Assembly (NCBI GenBank): GCA_964016885.1
Contig: OZ024741.1
Location: forward strand, 169,756,001 to 169,820,000
Source: Eledone cirrhosa
Lineage: Eukaryota
Reading direction: 5' to 3'
DNA length: 64,000 nucleotides
Positions 14,384 to 27,695 of this stretch are shown in pieces. Position 1 is the stretch's first letter, and every line of letters begins with the position of its first letter. The position numbers and the translations under genes are program-made. Under the pieces are notes generated by a model, which saw only the letters and a program-made list of their open reading frames with translations, searched no databases and had not been told where the DNA came from.

Positions 14384-15329
14384 TATTTCTGAACTATTGT
14401 GTAATTATGTGAAGCTTTTGTAAATACTGTTGTATGATGATGTTTGTGTATATTGGAAAACAGCCATTTTTATGACGATAGTGTAACAGTTAAAGGAGAT
14501 TGTGATGCTAATTATGGCACGTTAGATAACCGGCGAGTGGATCCGCTTTTGAGTTATTGTTACTGTTTTAATCGGTTCTTCTGGGAAATGTTACTGAAGA
14601 TGTGTTTTTGACATTATGGTGAATGCTCTTTAGCACAAGCTCCTTGTGTTATTAATTCAAATCCTATGGAACTTATTTTTGCATATTGTCTTTCCGGGAT
14701 AGATAAAGAAGTCTAAGCCAATACGCCTGTGAAATCGTTAAAGCACCAGACAGTTTGCTTTGCGGTATCACTTTGTTCTTGAATTCTGATTTCAAAATCC
14801 TGCGTGGCAATTTTATGCAATGTCCTCCTAAGCATCAAAAGAGTAGTCTTTAGGTGACTTTAGTGGAGTGGACTATGTTGAAGGCATTCTGTCAAGGTTT
14901 TAAGCTTGAGAATACCTTCCCGTTCCCTCACTTTCCCTAGTCTCGGAGGTTCATGTGAACTGCTATTCCCTCCCCGTCTGACTAACCCATAAAAATATAT
15001 CATCTCTGTTGACGAGACCGATTATCAAATGTATTCTAGCCCTTACTATCTATCATTTTGAATATCTATGACTATATTGTCTCAAGTGTATTTTTGTAAT
15101 GACATAAGCATGTCATTTGCTTGATATTTGACTTCTATATTAGAACGAGGTTCTTTTTTGCAAATATTATTTATATTGAAGGTTACTTACTGTCATTGTT
15201 GTTGTTACTTCTTCTGCAGTAATTGCAACAGTCGCTGCTATATCGACTGCAGCTACTAATACTACGGTATATTTGCTACAGATAACAAGAGATGTCTATG
15301 TCTGTTAGTAAATATATATATATATATAT

Positions 15330-15580
15330 ATATTTATTAAAATAACAGATTAAAGTTTAAGCAAAGAATCGTTGCTTTCACCCTTAACGGGATGTTCTGA
15401 AACTCTTTGAAACTGAGTTTAAGAAGATCCCGTTAAGGGTGAAAGCAGCGATTCTTTGCTTAAACTTTAATCTGTTATTTTAATAAATATTTGCTCTACG
15501 GTTCTTATATATCTGATATATATTTATCCTTATCGAGCCCTCTTTGGATTTTAGTCTTCAAATTTATTATTATTACTATA
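15330..15580. mobile_element. Fold-back cassette with degenerate HHR halves
   Basis: 15331-15400 is inverted at 15422-15490; GA T CCC gttaa GGG T GAAA; tail shared with 36612-36700. Confidence 0.6.
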
Positions 15581-15589
15581 TATATATAT

Positions 15590-15834
15590 TCAGATACCTA
15601 AATAAAAGAAACACAACAAATTTGGCAAATAAAATATGGCAACTAAAAGACAAGAACATAAACTTCTTCATCAAATGGAAGATACTAGAAAAATCTCGCC
15701 CATATATAAATGGGCTCAAGGCTGGCAGATTATGCAATGACTTGAAATGGTGGATATTGAATAATCTACTCAACAATAACAAACCACTTGACACAGGTGC
15801 ACAGTTTCTTCTCATGATGTTCTCATGTTTTTAA
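15590..15834 (+). pseudogene. Naiad-like PLE endonuclease C-terminal fragment
   Basis: TTNLANKIWQLKDKNINFFIKWKILEKSRPY...RLCND matches the EN tails at 12050 and 44000. Confidence 0.75.
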
Positions 15835-16012
15835 GTAGCTTTTAAAGAACTGGCCTCCATAATATTGATTTATATATTTCTTAATCTATCAATTTTTTCT
15901 AGTTCCCACAAAATTATTAAGCTTAGCGTTTGTTTTCGGTCAAATTGTTTCCCATAGACCATCAAGATTAACTTCCCTTGGTTTGGGGTTCTTCTCTCTT
16001 GCTCTATTGTTT

Positions 16013-16082
<70 letters not shown>

Positions 16083-17032
16083 ATGGATCTGAAAGTGTTA
16101 ACAATTCGATTTCAATAAAAAGAGAATGAGTGAAAATATGTAATGAAGAAAACACAAATCATCAATTGCTTCTTGTCGAGGCACGAAGCCAACATGAATA
16201 TGTTTGGATTAAAGTATTATGTAGTCATACGTCACTAATCAGCCCTTAGTGTGTCTTTTGTCCACAATCCGCTATATCGTAAAATCATAAAGAAGCTACC
16301 ACAGTTACGCAGTTATGTTTCTCAGCTTTGCCACAAAAATACAGCGTTCACAACAATCTAATATCAAAAGAACATTTTCAAATAATTTTCCTCGGAGATA
16401 TTAACTAAGATTGGATATGCATATATAGACTTAACTAAGATTGGATATGCATATATAGACACTATTTCAAATTCACCCAGCTAGAACTAAATTGTATAAA
16501 AGTAGTGATTAAGTTATTTTTGAAACATTCTATCAATTAAATTAAACAGTTGAAAGCTGTCCAATCTGGTTTTAATAAAATAGTTTTACTATGCACTTAC
16601 ACCTGGAAAAGTAATTTTATCCGTTAAAACATACAAAAACTGTTATTTTGAATTTGTTTCCTGGATATAACAGCTTCCTTGAGTTTTTTAAATGGTTGAA
16701 ATGATTCTACTACGATTTAATTGCCTTAGCTGCAACACGCGGCATAAGATCAAATCACTTACTAAACTTATAAATCCAGCTTTAACTGAATGACACGGAA
16801 ACATACTATTTCGAAGGCATTCATATTAAGTTTTCTTTTAAATTTTCGACCACAAAAGATCTTATCGAAAACTCCAATGAAACAACAAAAGAAAAAAAAG
16901 AGTAATGAAGTCACACAACATCAAAAAAAAGTAATTGACAGGATGTAGTTGATATCTTTCTGTCTCATATTTTCACTCTCTCTTTCTTTCTCTGTTCCAC
17001 TTGAAAAGAACCCTTTAAGGTAGAAAATTGGA

Positions 17033-17168
17033 AAGAAAAGAAAAGAAAAGAAAAGAAAAGAAAAGAAAAGAAAAGAAAAGAAAAGAAAAGAAAAGAAAAG
17101 AAAAGAAAAGAAAAGAAAAGAAAAGAAAAGAAAAGAAAAGAAAAGAAAAGAAAAGAAAAGAAAAGAAA
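17033..17168. repeat. (AAAAG)n microsatellite
   Basis: Pure pentanucleotide run. Confidence 0.98.
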
Positions 17169-17256
17169 TGCTCTTTTTTTAAACGGCATTCTTATGGCTT
17201 TCAAAAATGTCCAATTTAAAAGATACAATGCGTCAAAATAATCTCAGACACATACA

Positions 17257-17288
<32 letters not shown>

Positions 17289-17375
17289 TATATATATATC
17301 TGTGTGTGTGTTTGTGTGTGTGATATCTGTGTGCGTTTGTGTACAGTCTCTCTCCTCCTTCTCTCTGCCCACCCC

Positions 17376-17410
<35 letters not shown>

Positions 17411-17443
17411 CATACATATATACATACACACATACAGAGACAT

Positions 17444-17482
<39 letters not shown>

Positions 17483-17704
17483 TGTATGTATGTATATAAC
17501 GCCTGTGTTTTAGTTTTATCTGCCTTATCATCGTTACTTCAGATTCCACTTAACAAACAGTGCCCTTAGTAAAGAAACTCATTGAATAAGACAACCACTA
17601 ACATACAACATCCATTCTAAGAAATAAATTAATACATACGAGGAAGATTTGATTGAAAAATGCAATGCAATATACACATCAGTCTCCAAATATATTAAAC
17701 AGAA

Positions 17705-17886
17705 GGGCGGTGGATTGGCAGTATCGGTAGAGGGTCGGACGCCATGCTTTCCAGCATAGTTACGTCCCTTTACCATCTGAGTTCAAATCCCGCCGAGGTT
17801 GACTTTGCCTTTCATCCTTACGGGGTCGATAAAATAAAGTACCAGTAATGCACTGGTAATTGCTGGCCTTGTGCCTAAAGTAGAAA
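17705..17886 (+). mobile_element. tRNA-derived SINE with TSD
   Basis: TSD CAAATATATTAAACAGAA. Confidence 0.92.
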
Positions 17887-18011
17887 CAAATATATTAAAC
17901 AGAAAGAAATCATACAATATGCATTATATTAACTATAGAATATGTGAACCCTTTATCAAAACCCTCATAAAACAGAACATAATATATTTAACACAAAACA
18001 GTATATTCTAA

Positions 18012-18184
18012 TAATTGTTTCTACTTTTAGCACAAGACCAGCAATTATCCCAGTGTATTACTGGTACTTTATTTTATCGACCCCGAAAAGATGAAAGGAA
18101 AAGTTAACCTCGGCGAGATTTGAACTCAGACCGTAAAGGGCCGTGACTCTATGCTGAAAAGCATGGTGTCCGACCCTCTACCAA
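18012..18184 (-). mobile_element. tRNA-derived SINE, opposite orientation
   Basis: Reverse complement of the main SINE family. Confidence 0.88.
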
Positions 18185-18252
18185 TAAGTCTCCTTTGAGT
18201 TCCAATTCTATAAATCTTTTGTGACATCAGTCCTGGAACTTTTCTGACACAC

Positions 18253-18294
<42 letters not shown>

Positions 18295-18442
18295 AAATAA
18301 GTAACGGAGTCAGAAACTCGCGTTAGTCCCAGTAATTTACGAGCTCAAAAAACAATTCTTTAAGGGGAAACCTTTAACACTTATTTTAAAAAAATTAAAT
18401 ATACAAAAGAAGGACACAGAACTCCTTGGTCTTCGGCCGTTG

Positions 18443-18508
18443 AGATGGACTTGGGCAGTTTCGACCCCTACCAACGGTACTGCTAATCTATCCGGGGTCT
18501 CAGCGTCT
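18443..18508 (-). ncRNA. Degenerate hammerhead ribozyme
   Basis: AGACG CTGA--- GACCCC..24 nt..GGGGTC GAAAC TGCCCAA GTC CATCT; core appears to have lost 3 nt. Confidence 0.5.
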
Positions 18509-18647
18509 GACATAAGCCAAACGCTATACACAAACACAAAAATAGGTCATCAATGTTTAACAATTAATGCATTATTTATTTGCTTTATATTTCGACGCTT
18601 CAATCAGGATGACAACATAGATGGTCGGTAAATAAATTCCTTTTATA

Positions 18648-19125
18648 TCTACTATATAAATTGGAAGTGGTCGGACGTTGTATATGTAGGTGTAGTCGGA
18701 TAAACGTCGAAACGGCTTGGTGAAATGCAGCGAAAATTTACACAGTTATGCAGAATGACCTGGGGAGGCGTTGAGTTGACTTTCAAGCTACAAGCTTCCA
18801 TGGTTACGGAGAAAATCGATGAAACAGGAATTTCCCATTCAAATTGAACTGAGAGTAATCTGTGAACGCAGAAGTAAATATTTCGAGAAACGTTGCAACC
18901 GAACAAAAACAGGAAGACGATATTTTGGTTCGTGAAGACGTTCCCTGGCAATGAACGGGAAAAAAGCGAGGATAATACGTCGTTATGTGGAACGAGAAGA
19001 ACAAGTTTATGGTATAAATGGAGTCGTTAGACTAATATTCTGTTTAAAATAACAGAATGATTTCCAGCTCCGGAGTTTAAGAATGATGTAAATAAAATTG
19101 AAAATGAAAATGACAGGGGTTATTA

Positions 19126-19222
<97 letters not shown>

Positions 19223-19675
19223 CACGCGGCGCGCGTATGTATAAACCTTATGCATTTCTACAGTATTTTCACCAAACTTAAGACATAGGTTACTTATGTA
19301 CTCCGGATGGTCATGGGCGCTTTCATTTTTCCAGATCTTGATTATATGGCCTCCCGGCAGATAACCCCCCCTTTAACCACTTCCTTGGAGTCGACGGAAG
19401 CACTGCAGTTCAATGCAACAAAACGTCATAACTTCTGGAGTTCGCAACCGATTTTCACAAAACTTGACACATGGGCTACGTTTGTCCTACAGATGAATGT
19501 GAACTCTCAGAATTGGCACATATTGAGTAGGGGACCCCTGGGAGAAGGAACCCCCTTTTGGAAAAAGCCGATGATTTTGTAAAAGTATAGTTTTCGAAAT
19601 AGCACTGAAGTATTGACATAAATGGTATACACAACTGCTACTTAATACCAGAGCAACGCCGGGTATCTCTGCTAG
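18648..19675 (+). mobile_element. Non-autonomous Helitron-like element
   Basis: Starts A|TCTACTATATAAA, has AACGGCT...AAATTT motifs, ends CAACGCCGGGTATCTCTGCTAG. Confidence 0.65.
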
Positions 19676-19951
19676 CGTTATATATAATTGATTCTGATGA
19701 TTTCTCTTCAAAGATATTGAAAATAATAACCTTTGGAGAATGAAGCATGTAAATCAAACAAATAATGTATTAATTATTAAACCTTGGTGTTCTATTTCAT
19801 GCTCTGTGATTTACATATCTAAGATGACCGGAAGTATACTATTTGGATTTACCCCTGCACTATCTTTCGGTAGTCTGGAAGTCTGGATATTGAAGAACCC
19901 CGCAACTGAGCTTTAAATATCTAAATGCTATACTGTTGTATTATTTATCAA

Positions 19952-20021
<70 letters not shown>

Positions 20022-20072
20022 TATATATATATATATATACATATGCGCGCGCGCGCGTATGTATATATGTAT

Positions 20073-23000
20073 GTTCTTCTGGTTTTATGATCTCACAAAT
20101 TTTTTAGCAATAAAGAAAAAGTCGGTTTCTAACATAGATACAAAACTCTCTCATTGGAATTTAAACAACATCAACTAGGTAGATGTGTATACATGTCTGC
20201 ATGCATGCATGTGTGCAGGTATGGATGTTATTATATGTGTGGATGTGGATGTTTTGAGTTATATATATGCATGTGTATATGCTTTGTATCTGTACAAGTG
20301 TATATGCAGTTATTAGATGCAGAATGTTTGGAATGTTTTACATATTTTTATGTTCCATTAATGGATTGTACTTGTAATTTCCTAACTAGTTGTGTTCTTT
20401 CTGTTCCTGTGAAGCCCAGCTTCTCAAGATTTGTATTGAGGCAGTTACTAACATATCCCAGTGCCCCAATAATCACAGGCATAAATCTGAAGGTGTAATC
20501 AGGGTGGAGTATCTGCAGATTTCTCATCAGTTCTGCATAAATATTCTCCTTTTTGCTAATCTTTGATATTATATTGGCATCTGCTGGGCAGCTAACTTCC
20601 ACTACTGTGCATACCTTCTTTTCATATTATATCAGGTCTGGTATGCTTGCATTTTATTTGGGTTTTGACGTGGACATTCCACCAGTACTCTTTCATATTA
20701 TATATGTATATGTCTTCCACATTGCTGTAACTTTTAATGTGTTTATTAATGTTTTCTACGTATTGCACCGTATAGTGTTTTCGCCTCTTCATCAAGCCTC
20801 ATAGGTAGATAGTACCATGATGACACCTTTAGACAGTTGGCTATGACATGGGTGACATCTTTGATGTTAATTCTGCAGATTTTGCATTTGCTGTCATATC
20901 TAGGTATTTCGCCTGCATCCCTATCTCTTCTGTGAATCAGGTATTTTGTGATGATTTTTTGTTCTTGGATTGCAATAGCATATCCTTCAAAGCGGGAGCC
21001 AATATAGCGGTTGTTGGTCTAAGATATACTACTTTTCTAATCTATATTACTCTCACTCTGGAGCTTCCCAGCATGACGTTTTACTGATAAGCATGTAGTT
21101 TTTCCTCCATGGATTCGCTGTTGTATTGCTGGGCAATTTCCCTGGGCGTGAGCGTTTGATTATAATGCAAGGATTTCCTTCCCAATTCTCATGATCTTAT
21201 CTGTCCCATGCAGACAGACTTGCTCGATAGATCGGCTCCTACGCTTTCAGGCTCGTAAATGTTGACACTCAACTGCTGTCTGGACTGATGTTAGGACTCT
21301 GACTCCGTACTTACGTTTTAAGTAGAGGCGGTTTATGTCACTGTTGATGTGGAAGTTTCCGATGTTGCTCAGGATCTTTCGAGTCCTAACATCAATTACT
21401 CGGATTTCGCTTTCGTTCGATTGAGTACTCCAAACGTTGGTGTTAGGACAGGCACAGCAAACAGATTGTGAGCCACTGCTTTATTGTGCACAGAGAGTTC
21501 CGATGACCATATTTTTCTTAATTGGGTGTAATATCCCCTAGTTACGCTTTTCTTATTACAAATACCATTATAGGATTATTTCTCATCTATCCCAAGCTCC
21601 ATTCCTATATCCTTTGAAAATGTAACCAGGTCAATATTTTTCTTCACCCCATTTATGTTCTTAGCCTAGAGTTTCAGGTCATCCACAAAGAAATTATGGG
21701 TTAAGTTCGTCTTTCTGTCCTCCTGTAAGCCAATCGTGTATCATTCATATTTCTCGAGCAGAAAAGACAAAGGGTTTAATGACAGTATGAATAGTAACAC
21801 AGAGAGACTGTCTCCTTGAAATATGCCCCTGTGATATTCTATTTTATCAGTGAAAATAGAGTCCTCCTTCTTTGTGTTAAACGTTAGAAAACAGCTTTTC
21901 TGTGGCTCTGATAATAATGTCTGGGACTTTAGCAAGTCGGAGGGCCTCTATCATCTAAAAGTACGAAACAGAATCAAATGCTTTCCTGTAGTCCAGCCAG
22001 ACTGTAGCCATATTCCTCCTAAGTTGTCGCACTGCATCTTGGTTGAAATTCTTCTTTTCACCTCATATTTTTCTCCTGAAGGAGTTTACGTCTTTCTGGG
22101 ATGGGGCCTCGGTGACATTTATTACTTTGCCCTTCATATCTCTATAGACCGACGTATAGTTTCGTCTGAATCTATTATTAATTACTTTTCTTTCACCAAC
22201 CCTCTTCAGGTATCGAAGTTTCTCGTTGATAATTCTCAATTCTTGTTTGAGGGTGATCAGCTTATATTGAGGTTTTCTGGTTCTACTGTTACCAAACATC
22301 ATTTCTATTTTATTTTTTGCTCTTTTTTGGTGAGGAGTGAATTTCTTTTTGTTTTTGTTTGCATGTAAGGAGCATTGTCACATATCCTATAGTTATTCGT
22401 AGGTCAGCAATCTTTTTTTTCTATTTTAGTTATATATGTTGGGATTTTTTGGTGGAGTTTTGTTCTGGTTAATATCTCTGTTATTATCAAGATAATACTT
22501 CACTGTCGTTGCTAGGTGTATAAACAGGTGTTGATTCACCAAAATGTGGAGATTTTAATTCATCGTAAATATTCATCCCGTCAATAGCACGTAAGATTTC
22601 ATTATTTGGTTTTATTTTGCTTAGTATTGTTGTTTTATTTTGTTCAGCAAGAGAAATGTATGTATGTATGTATGATTGTATGTATGTATGTATGTATGTA
22701 TGTATGTATGTATGTATGTATGTATGTATGTATGTATGTATGTATGTATGTATGTATGTATGAGATGACCCCTTAGCCTTTGTCAAGGCAGAATTCTAGG
22801 AGAAGGAAAACTCTGATATAATACCTACAACCCTGATGGTATCCAATGATGTTGACCTGTTATTCTTTTTGGTAAATATCATCTTGGTTAAGAGAGTGGG
22901 ACTGGCTTTGTGCAATGTCTTTGCTCACTATAAAAGCTTCATAGCACAGGCATTGCATTATATCTGGAGATCTCTCTGCACTTGTCATCACAGGGTACAA

Positions 23001-23172
23001 TAGGCCCAGCACTATGTGTCAGTAATTGTCACAAGTGTAGTGTTTGTACCAGAGTTTTCAAGTCGCTGGCTGGACTAAAAAGTCACACTCGTTCAGCGCA
23101 TCGGTAGGGGTTCTCCTACATGGATATAAAGTAGTGGCCGTACTCGAAAACGAGTTGGCAGCCACCACCATG
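20073..23172 (-). mobile_element. Degraded R4/Dong-like non-LTR retrotransposon
   Basis: GIFQGDSLS and FVDDLKL RT motifs; EVSCPAD.N...KENIYAEL (restriction-like EN); collinear with 8559-11000; (TATG)n at the 5' end. Confidence 0.85.
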
Positions 23173-23574
23173 TATGTATGTCTGTATGTATGTATGTATG
23201 TATGTATGTATGTATGTATGTATGTATGTATGTATGTATGTATGTATGTATAACAAGAGTAAAATTTCAGGTGAAGAAATTTCCGCAATCTGGATAATAA
23301 ACAACAAAAATGAAAACGAATAAACTATGTACTGGTATAATATGTACATCGAATTAAAGTCTGATTAATGACATCCAGCGTGTTCTATAAATTTGGATTT
23401 AGAGATCTCTTAGATAAAAGATCAAAACTTTAAGACATTTTATTTGTCTTACACGTATTTCAACAAGAATTGATGCGTATATTTATTAGAATCTGACCAG
23501 TGACTCGAGGAATTCCCCAGTGAATATCATGAATATCAGGAAATTGGGATATTTGAACGTTTTCCTTGACATTA

Positions 23575-23710
23575 GACATCGGATAGAATGCTTTACAGTA
23601 TTCGTCTCACCTCATTACACGCTCTGAGTTCAAATCCCGCCGTGGTCAACTTTGCCTTTCATCCGTTCAAGGTCGATAAAAAAAGTACGGGTCCAGTACT
23701 GGGGTTGATT
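23575..23710 (+). mobile_element. Diverged SINE
   Basis: CTGAGTTCAAATCCCGCCG..GTCAACTTTGCCTTTCATCC..GTCGATAAAA. Confidence 0.7.
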
Positions 23711-24063
23711 CTTTCTCTATAGAAAAAAATCGGCAGTGTTCAGACTTGGAGAGGGTTGGGCCCCGGCCAGGTTTAAAAGTGCCCTAGACACGCCGTGTGA
23801 CAGTGCCTATATAACTCCTCAAGGAGTTATGGGACTTTTATCCTTATACTTATCATTGCTCATTTTCTTATATTTTTGTTCGCCCTAAGCCCAAAGACTA
23901 CCACTCCTCCTTCCACGTCCTCATTCTTCTGTGTCACTAGATCCCTTGCCTTTCCCTTCCTTTTCCGTTTACATAACCACAAAAGACACTTGAATATTCA
24001 ATGTAACTCTACTTTGTCTAGTGACTATTGAACCATACACTGGAGTCCTAACCCAATATATAA

Positions 24064-24146
24064 TGTCTCTGAAGACACAGGATTGAGTGAAATTAAGGGT
24101 TAATGGTGAATTCCTCAAATCAATGCTCAGATTCTAACGTGTAGAC
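24064..24146 (+). ncRNA. Degenerate long-stem-II hammerhead
   Basis: TGTCT CTGAAGA ..AGGATTGAG...CTCAGATTCT AAC GTGT AGACA; GAAA partly deleted. Confidence 0.4.
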
Positions 24147-24311
24147 ACATCACTATATATTAATAATGGAAGTTGAACAAGCTTTTCACCATTTCCTTTT
24201 TTTTTGAAATTTGTTGTTAAATAAAATGTCTCAGGTTTCTTGGTTCTCTCTCTCTCTCCCTCTCTCTTTCTCTCTCTCCCCTCTCTCCCTCGTTCTCTCT
24301 CTCTCTCTGTA

Positions 24312-24369
<58 letters not shown>

Positions 24370-24474
24370 AGTGCGTGTGTGTGCTTTTGTGTGCATATAT
24401 GTGTGTATGTGAATGCGTAAGTATACCAATATATGTACATGTATGTATATATATAGGCTATATATATATATATA

Positions 24475-24542
<68 letters not shown>

Positions 24543-24548
<6 letters not shown>

Positions 24549-24752
24549 GTGAGGTTTTTTTTACAAAATGAAAAATAACCGAGGTGTCCTACACGAGTGA
24601 AAGTATAAAGAAAAAAAATGAAATCAAAAATGCAACTGGAGTCTTATTTTAAAAAAAATTATATATATTTGGTTCCTTTACCGGTTTCACAGTTCTTCTG
24701 CTTTTCAAAAGTAGAGTTGAGATGGAGGGTCTGTGGTTTTTCTCACATCATT

Positions 24753-24806
<54 letters not shown>

Positions 24807-24810
24807 AATG
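24543..24810 (-). mobile_element. Family A cassette with HHR (24675-24711 -)
   Basis: Reverse complement of 5411-5550 and of 13160-13224. Confidence 0.8.
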
Positions 24811-25525
24811 ACGGTGGGAAAAATCCGAAAACTGGTTCCTCAAATATGAAGAAGACTTTAAAAGGACGCACCAAACAGGTAACCCCTTTATAAAGCATTT
24901 GAACATAACAAGAACTAGAACAGACACATTTACACCACCAAACCCAACACACACTAACCACAGGCACATCCCCCACCAACACAAACCAAATACGGCCAAC
25001 TACACCAAAAGAAACACACCCAACCACCACAACACAGGTTTCCGTAGAAATGCCCCCTACATAAACCAACGACGAAATAACATAGATCCAACTCACAACA
25101 CACACACCACATTCCCCAGAAGAAATCCACCCAGACCACTTGAAATCACAACAGAACTTACCCACAACCACACCAGACATCACCCTCAATCCAACAAAAG
25201 ACAACCCCCCAACCTCAACACTCTGTACCACAGAAATAACGCACCCAGACAACATGAACCAACAACAGAACCCTTGCTCATCAACAACCACAACACATAC
25301 CACCCCCACCATCACATTCACCCTCATGAAACAACAAGCTACAGACCCACACGCAACAGACCAACAAAATATAATCACACACAAAACTACATTCCTTTTT
25401 TAGGGAAAAGCCTGAAATACCAGGATACTCGATGCCCCCCCCCCCCTCCCCCCTCAGGAGAAACCAAAAATAATCAACCTCTCAAAGACACCTCTAACCA
25501 ACACACAAATCAACATTTTAAGTAA
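24811..25525 (+). pseudogene. Truncated upstream ORF1 of the PLE (His/Thr/Asn/Pro-rich C-terminus)
   Basis: Matches the C-terminal half of the 421-aa ORF at 49382-50647. Confidence 0.7.
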
Positions 25526-27695
25526 GGGCCTGAAATTTACACCTACACCACGTAAACCAAACTTCCCCGAAATGAAGGATGACATCATGGAATACTGCCG
25601 AAAGCTGCGACTAACGGAATTCTTCCACAACGACACCAACACTGAAGACGAATCACTGGTTAGAAATAAAAGCAATTTCTGCCCACAAAAGGGAAGAAAT
25701 AAAGCACTGGACACGTACTGCGAACACATCACCAACTTTCCCTATTAAAAAATTACAAATAAACACACGAAATCAAACCTATCTACACACGAATGGGAAG
25801 AATTATTCACACTTAGAAACAACCCTGAGATAACTATCAAAGAAGCCGATATAGGCAGTTCTGTTGTCATTATGAATACGGACTACTATAGGACCCTCGC
25901 ACTTAACATTTTAGAAAACAACACATACTATGAAAAAACAGAAAACTACAAACACACCAAAACAATGGGGAACCTTTTGACCTTACTGAATAAATACCGC
26001 AACAGCTTAACCACAAAAGAGTTTAACTATATAAGCCACTTCAAATGCAATACAAGCTCTTTTTACGGCTTACCGAAACTCCACAAATGTAAACCCATAA
26101 ACGATGCATGTGACACCTCAACCAACAATTACATTGAACTAACACCACCAGAAGACCTAAAACTCAGGCCAATTATAGCAGGCCCTACATGTGAAACCCA
26201 CATACTTAGCAACTTTCTGGACATCCTACTGAAACCCTTTCTACAACATATACAGAGCTACATACGAGATGACCTTGACATGCTGAAACACCTCCCTAAA
26301 ACAGTAAGTGCAAATACAATTCTTGTCTCCTTTGACGTAATAAACCTCTACACAAACATACCCCACAACTATGGAATAACAGCAGTCCAATACTGGCTTA
26401 ACACACATCCATCAGAAATACCGACACGCATCAACACAGATTTTATCACTGACGGACTCCGCTTTATCCTACAAAATAACTACTTCACATTCAATGGTTC
26501 AACATACAGACAAGTATCAGGTACGGCAATGGGCACGAAAGTAGCACCCACATATGCCAACCTAGTCATGGGATTCCATGAACAACAAATATACAGTCAG
26601 TCCCTTCTCTTATTTGGAGACTCTTTCCACACACACCTCAAAGCCAATTGGAAAAGATATCTAGACGACTGCTTCATCCTATGGCAAGAAGACATGAACT
26701 CACTTACTACGTTTAAAAACATGATAAACAACATAGATAATAACATACAATTCACAATGGAATCCAATCCCAAGGAATTAGCCTTCTTAGATATTCTCAT
26801 CTCTGTAATAGACGGGAAATTAGATACAGATATATTCTATAAACCCACAGATTCCAAGCAATACCTCTTTTTCACATCAAGTCACCCAAAACATACAAAA
26901 CTTAACATTCCTTACAATTTGGCCAAACGTATATGTACCATAGTATCAGATCCACCTAAACGGGAGCAAAGACTAAAGGAACTAAAAGACACCCTTATCT
27001 TAAGAGCCTTTCCACTTGAAATAATCAACAATGGAATAGACAGGGCAAAACACCTAAATCCCCATCAACTTAACAATCCAAAACAGAAAACCACACTCAA
27101 CACCCTGCCATATGTATCCACTTTCAACCCCAGAAATACCGAAATGTTTGATGACCTACACAAAAACCTCCCCATCCTACTTAAAGATGTAAAAATGAAG
27201 TCTATTCTGGAAACACACAAGATCCTTAAAAGTAAAAGACAACCCAAATCACTAAAACGCATTCTCACTGGACCAAATATACCCAAACCAATCCTCAACC
27301 CTACAGTTACCAAATGTGGTAGAACAAACTGTGGAACGTGCCTCTACCTCACTGAAGGACAAACATTTACAGTAAAAAACAATTTCACCTGCAACTCGGA
27401 GAACTTGATTTACGCAATAACTTGCGGTGGGTGCAAACACAACTACATAGGACAGACGGGCACCTCATTACGCAAAAGAATGACCATCCATCGCCAACAA
27501 ATCCGGGACGCTAACACAAGAAAAATCCCCTTGAGCAGCCATATTGCGAACTGCGCAGGAATGACACTACCCAACTTTAAAATCTTCCCCTTCTACAAGT
27601 GCTCAGATTCGTTCACACAGCAACAAAGAATAAACAAAGAAAATCTATTCCTTAAAAAATTTAAACCAAAACTAAACGGGTTATCACCCCAATAG
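25416..27695 (+). pseudogene. PLE reverse transcriptase + Zn linker + GIY-YIG endonuclease
   Basis: INLS..LSKGLKFTPTP, ADxG, FYGLPKLHK, LRPII, SFDVINLYTNIP, GTAMGT..AP.YANL.MG, RYLDD, YKPTD, CGRTNCGTC, LIY.ITC..C..YIGQT..R..H; one in-frame TAA at 25746 (GAA in copy 2). Confidence 0.95.

Noticed and set aside
16401-16460. 30-bp direct duplication
   Set aside because: Simple local tandem duplication with no further structure
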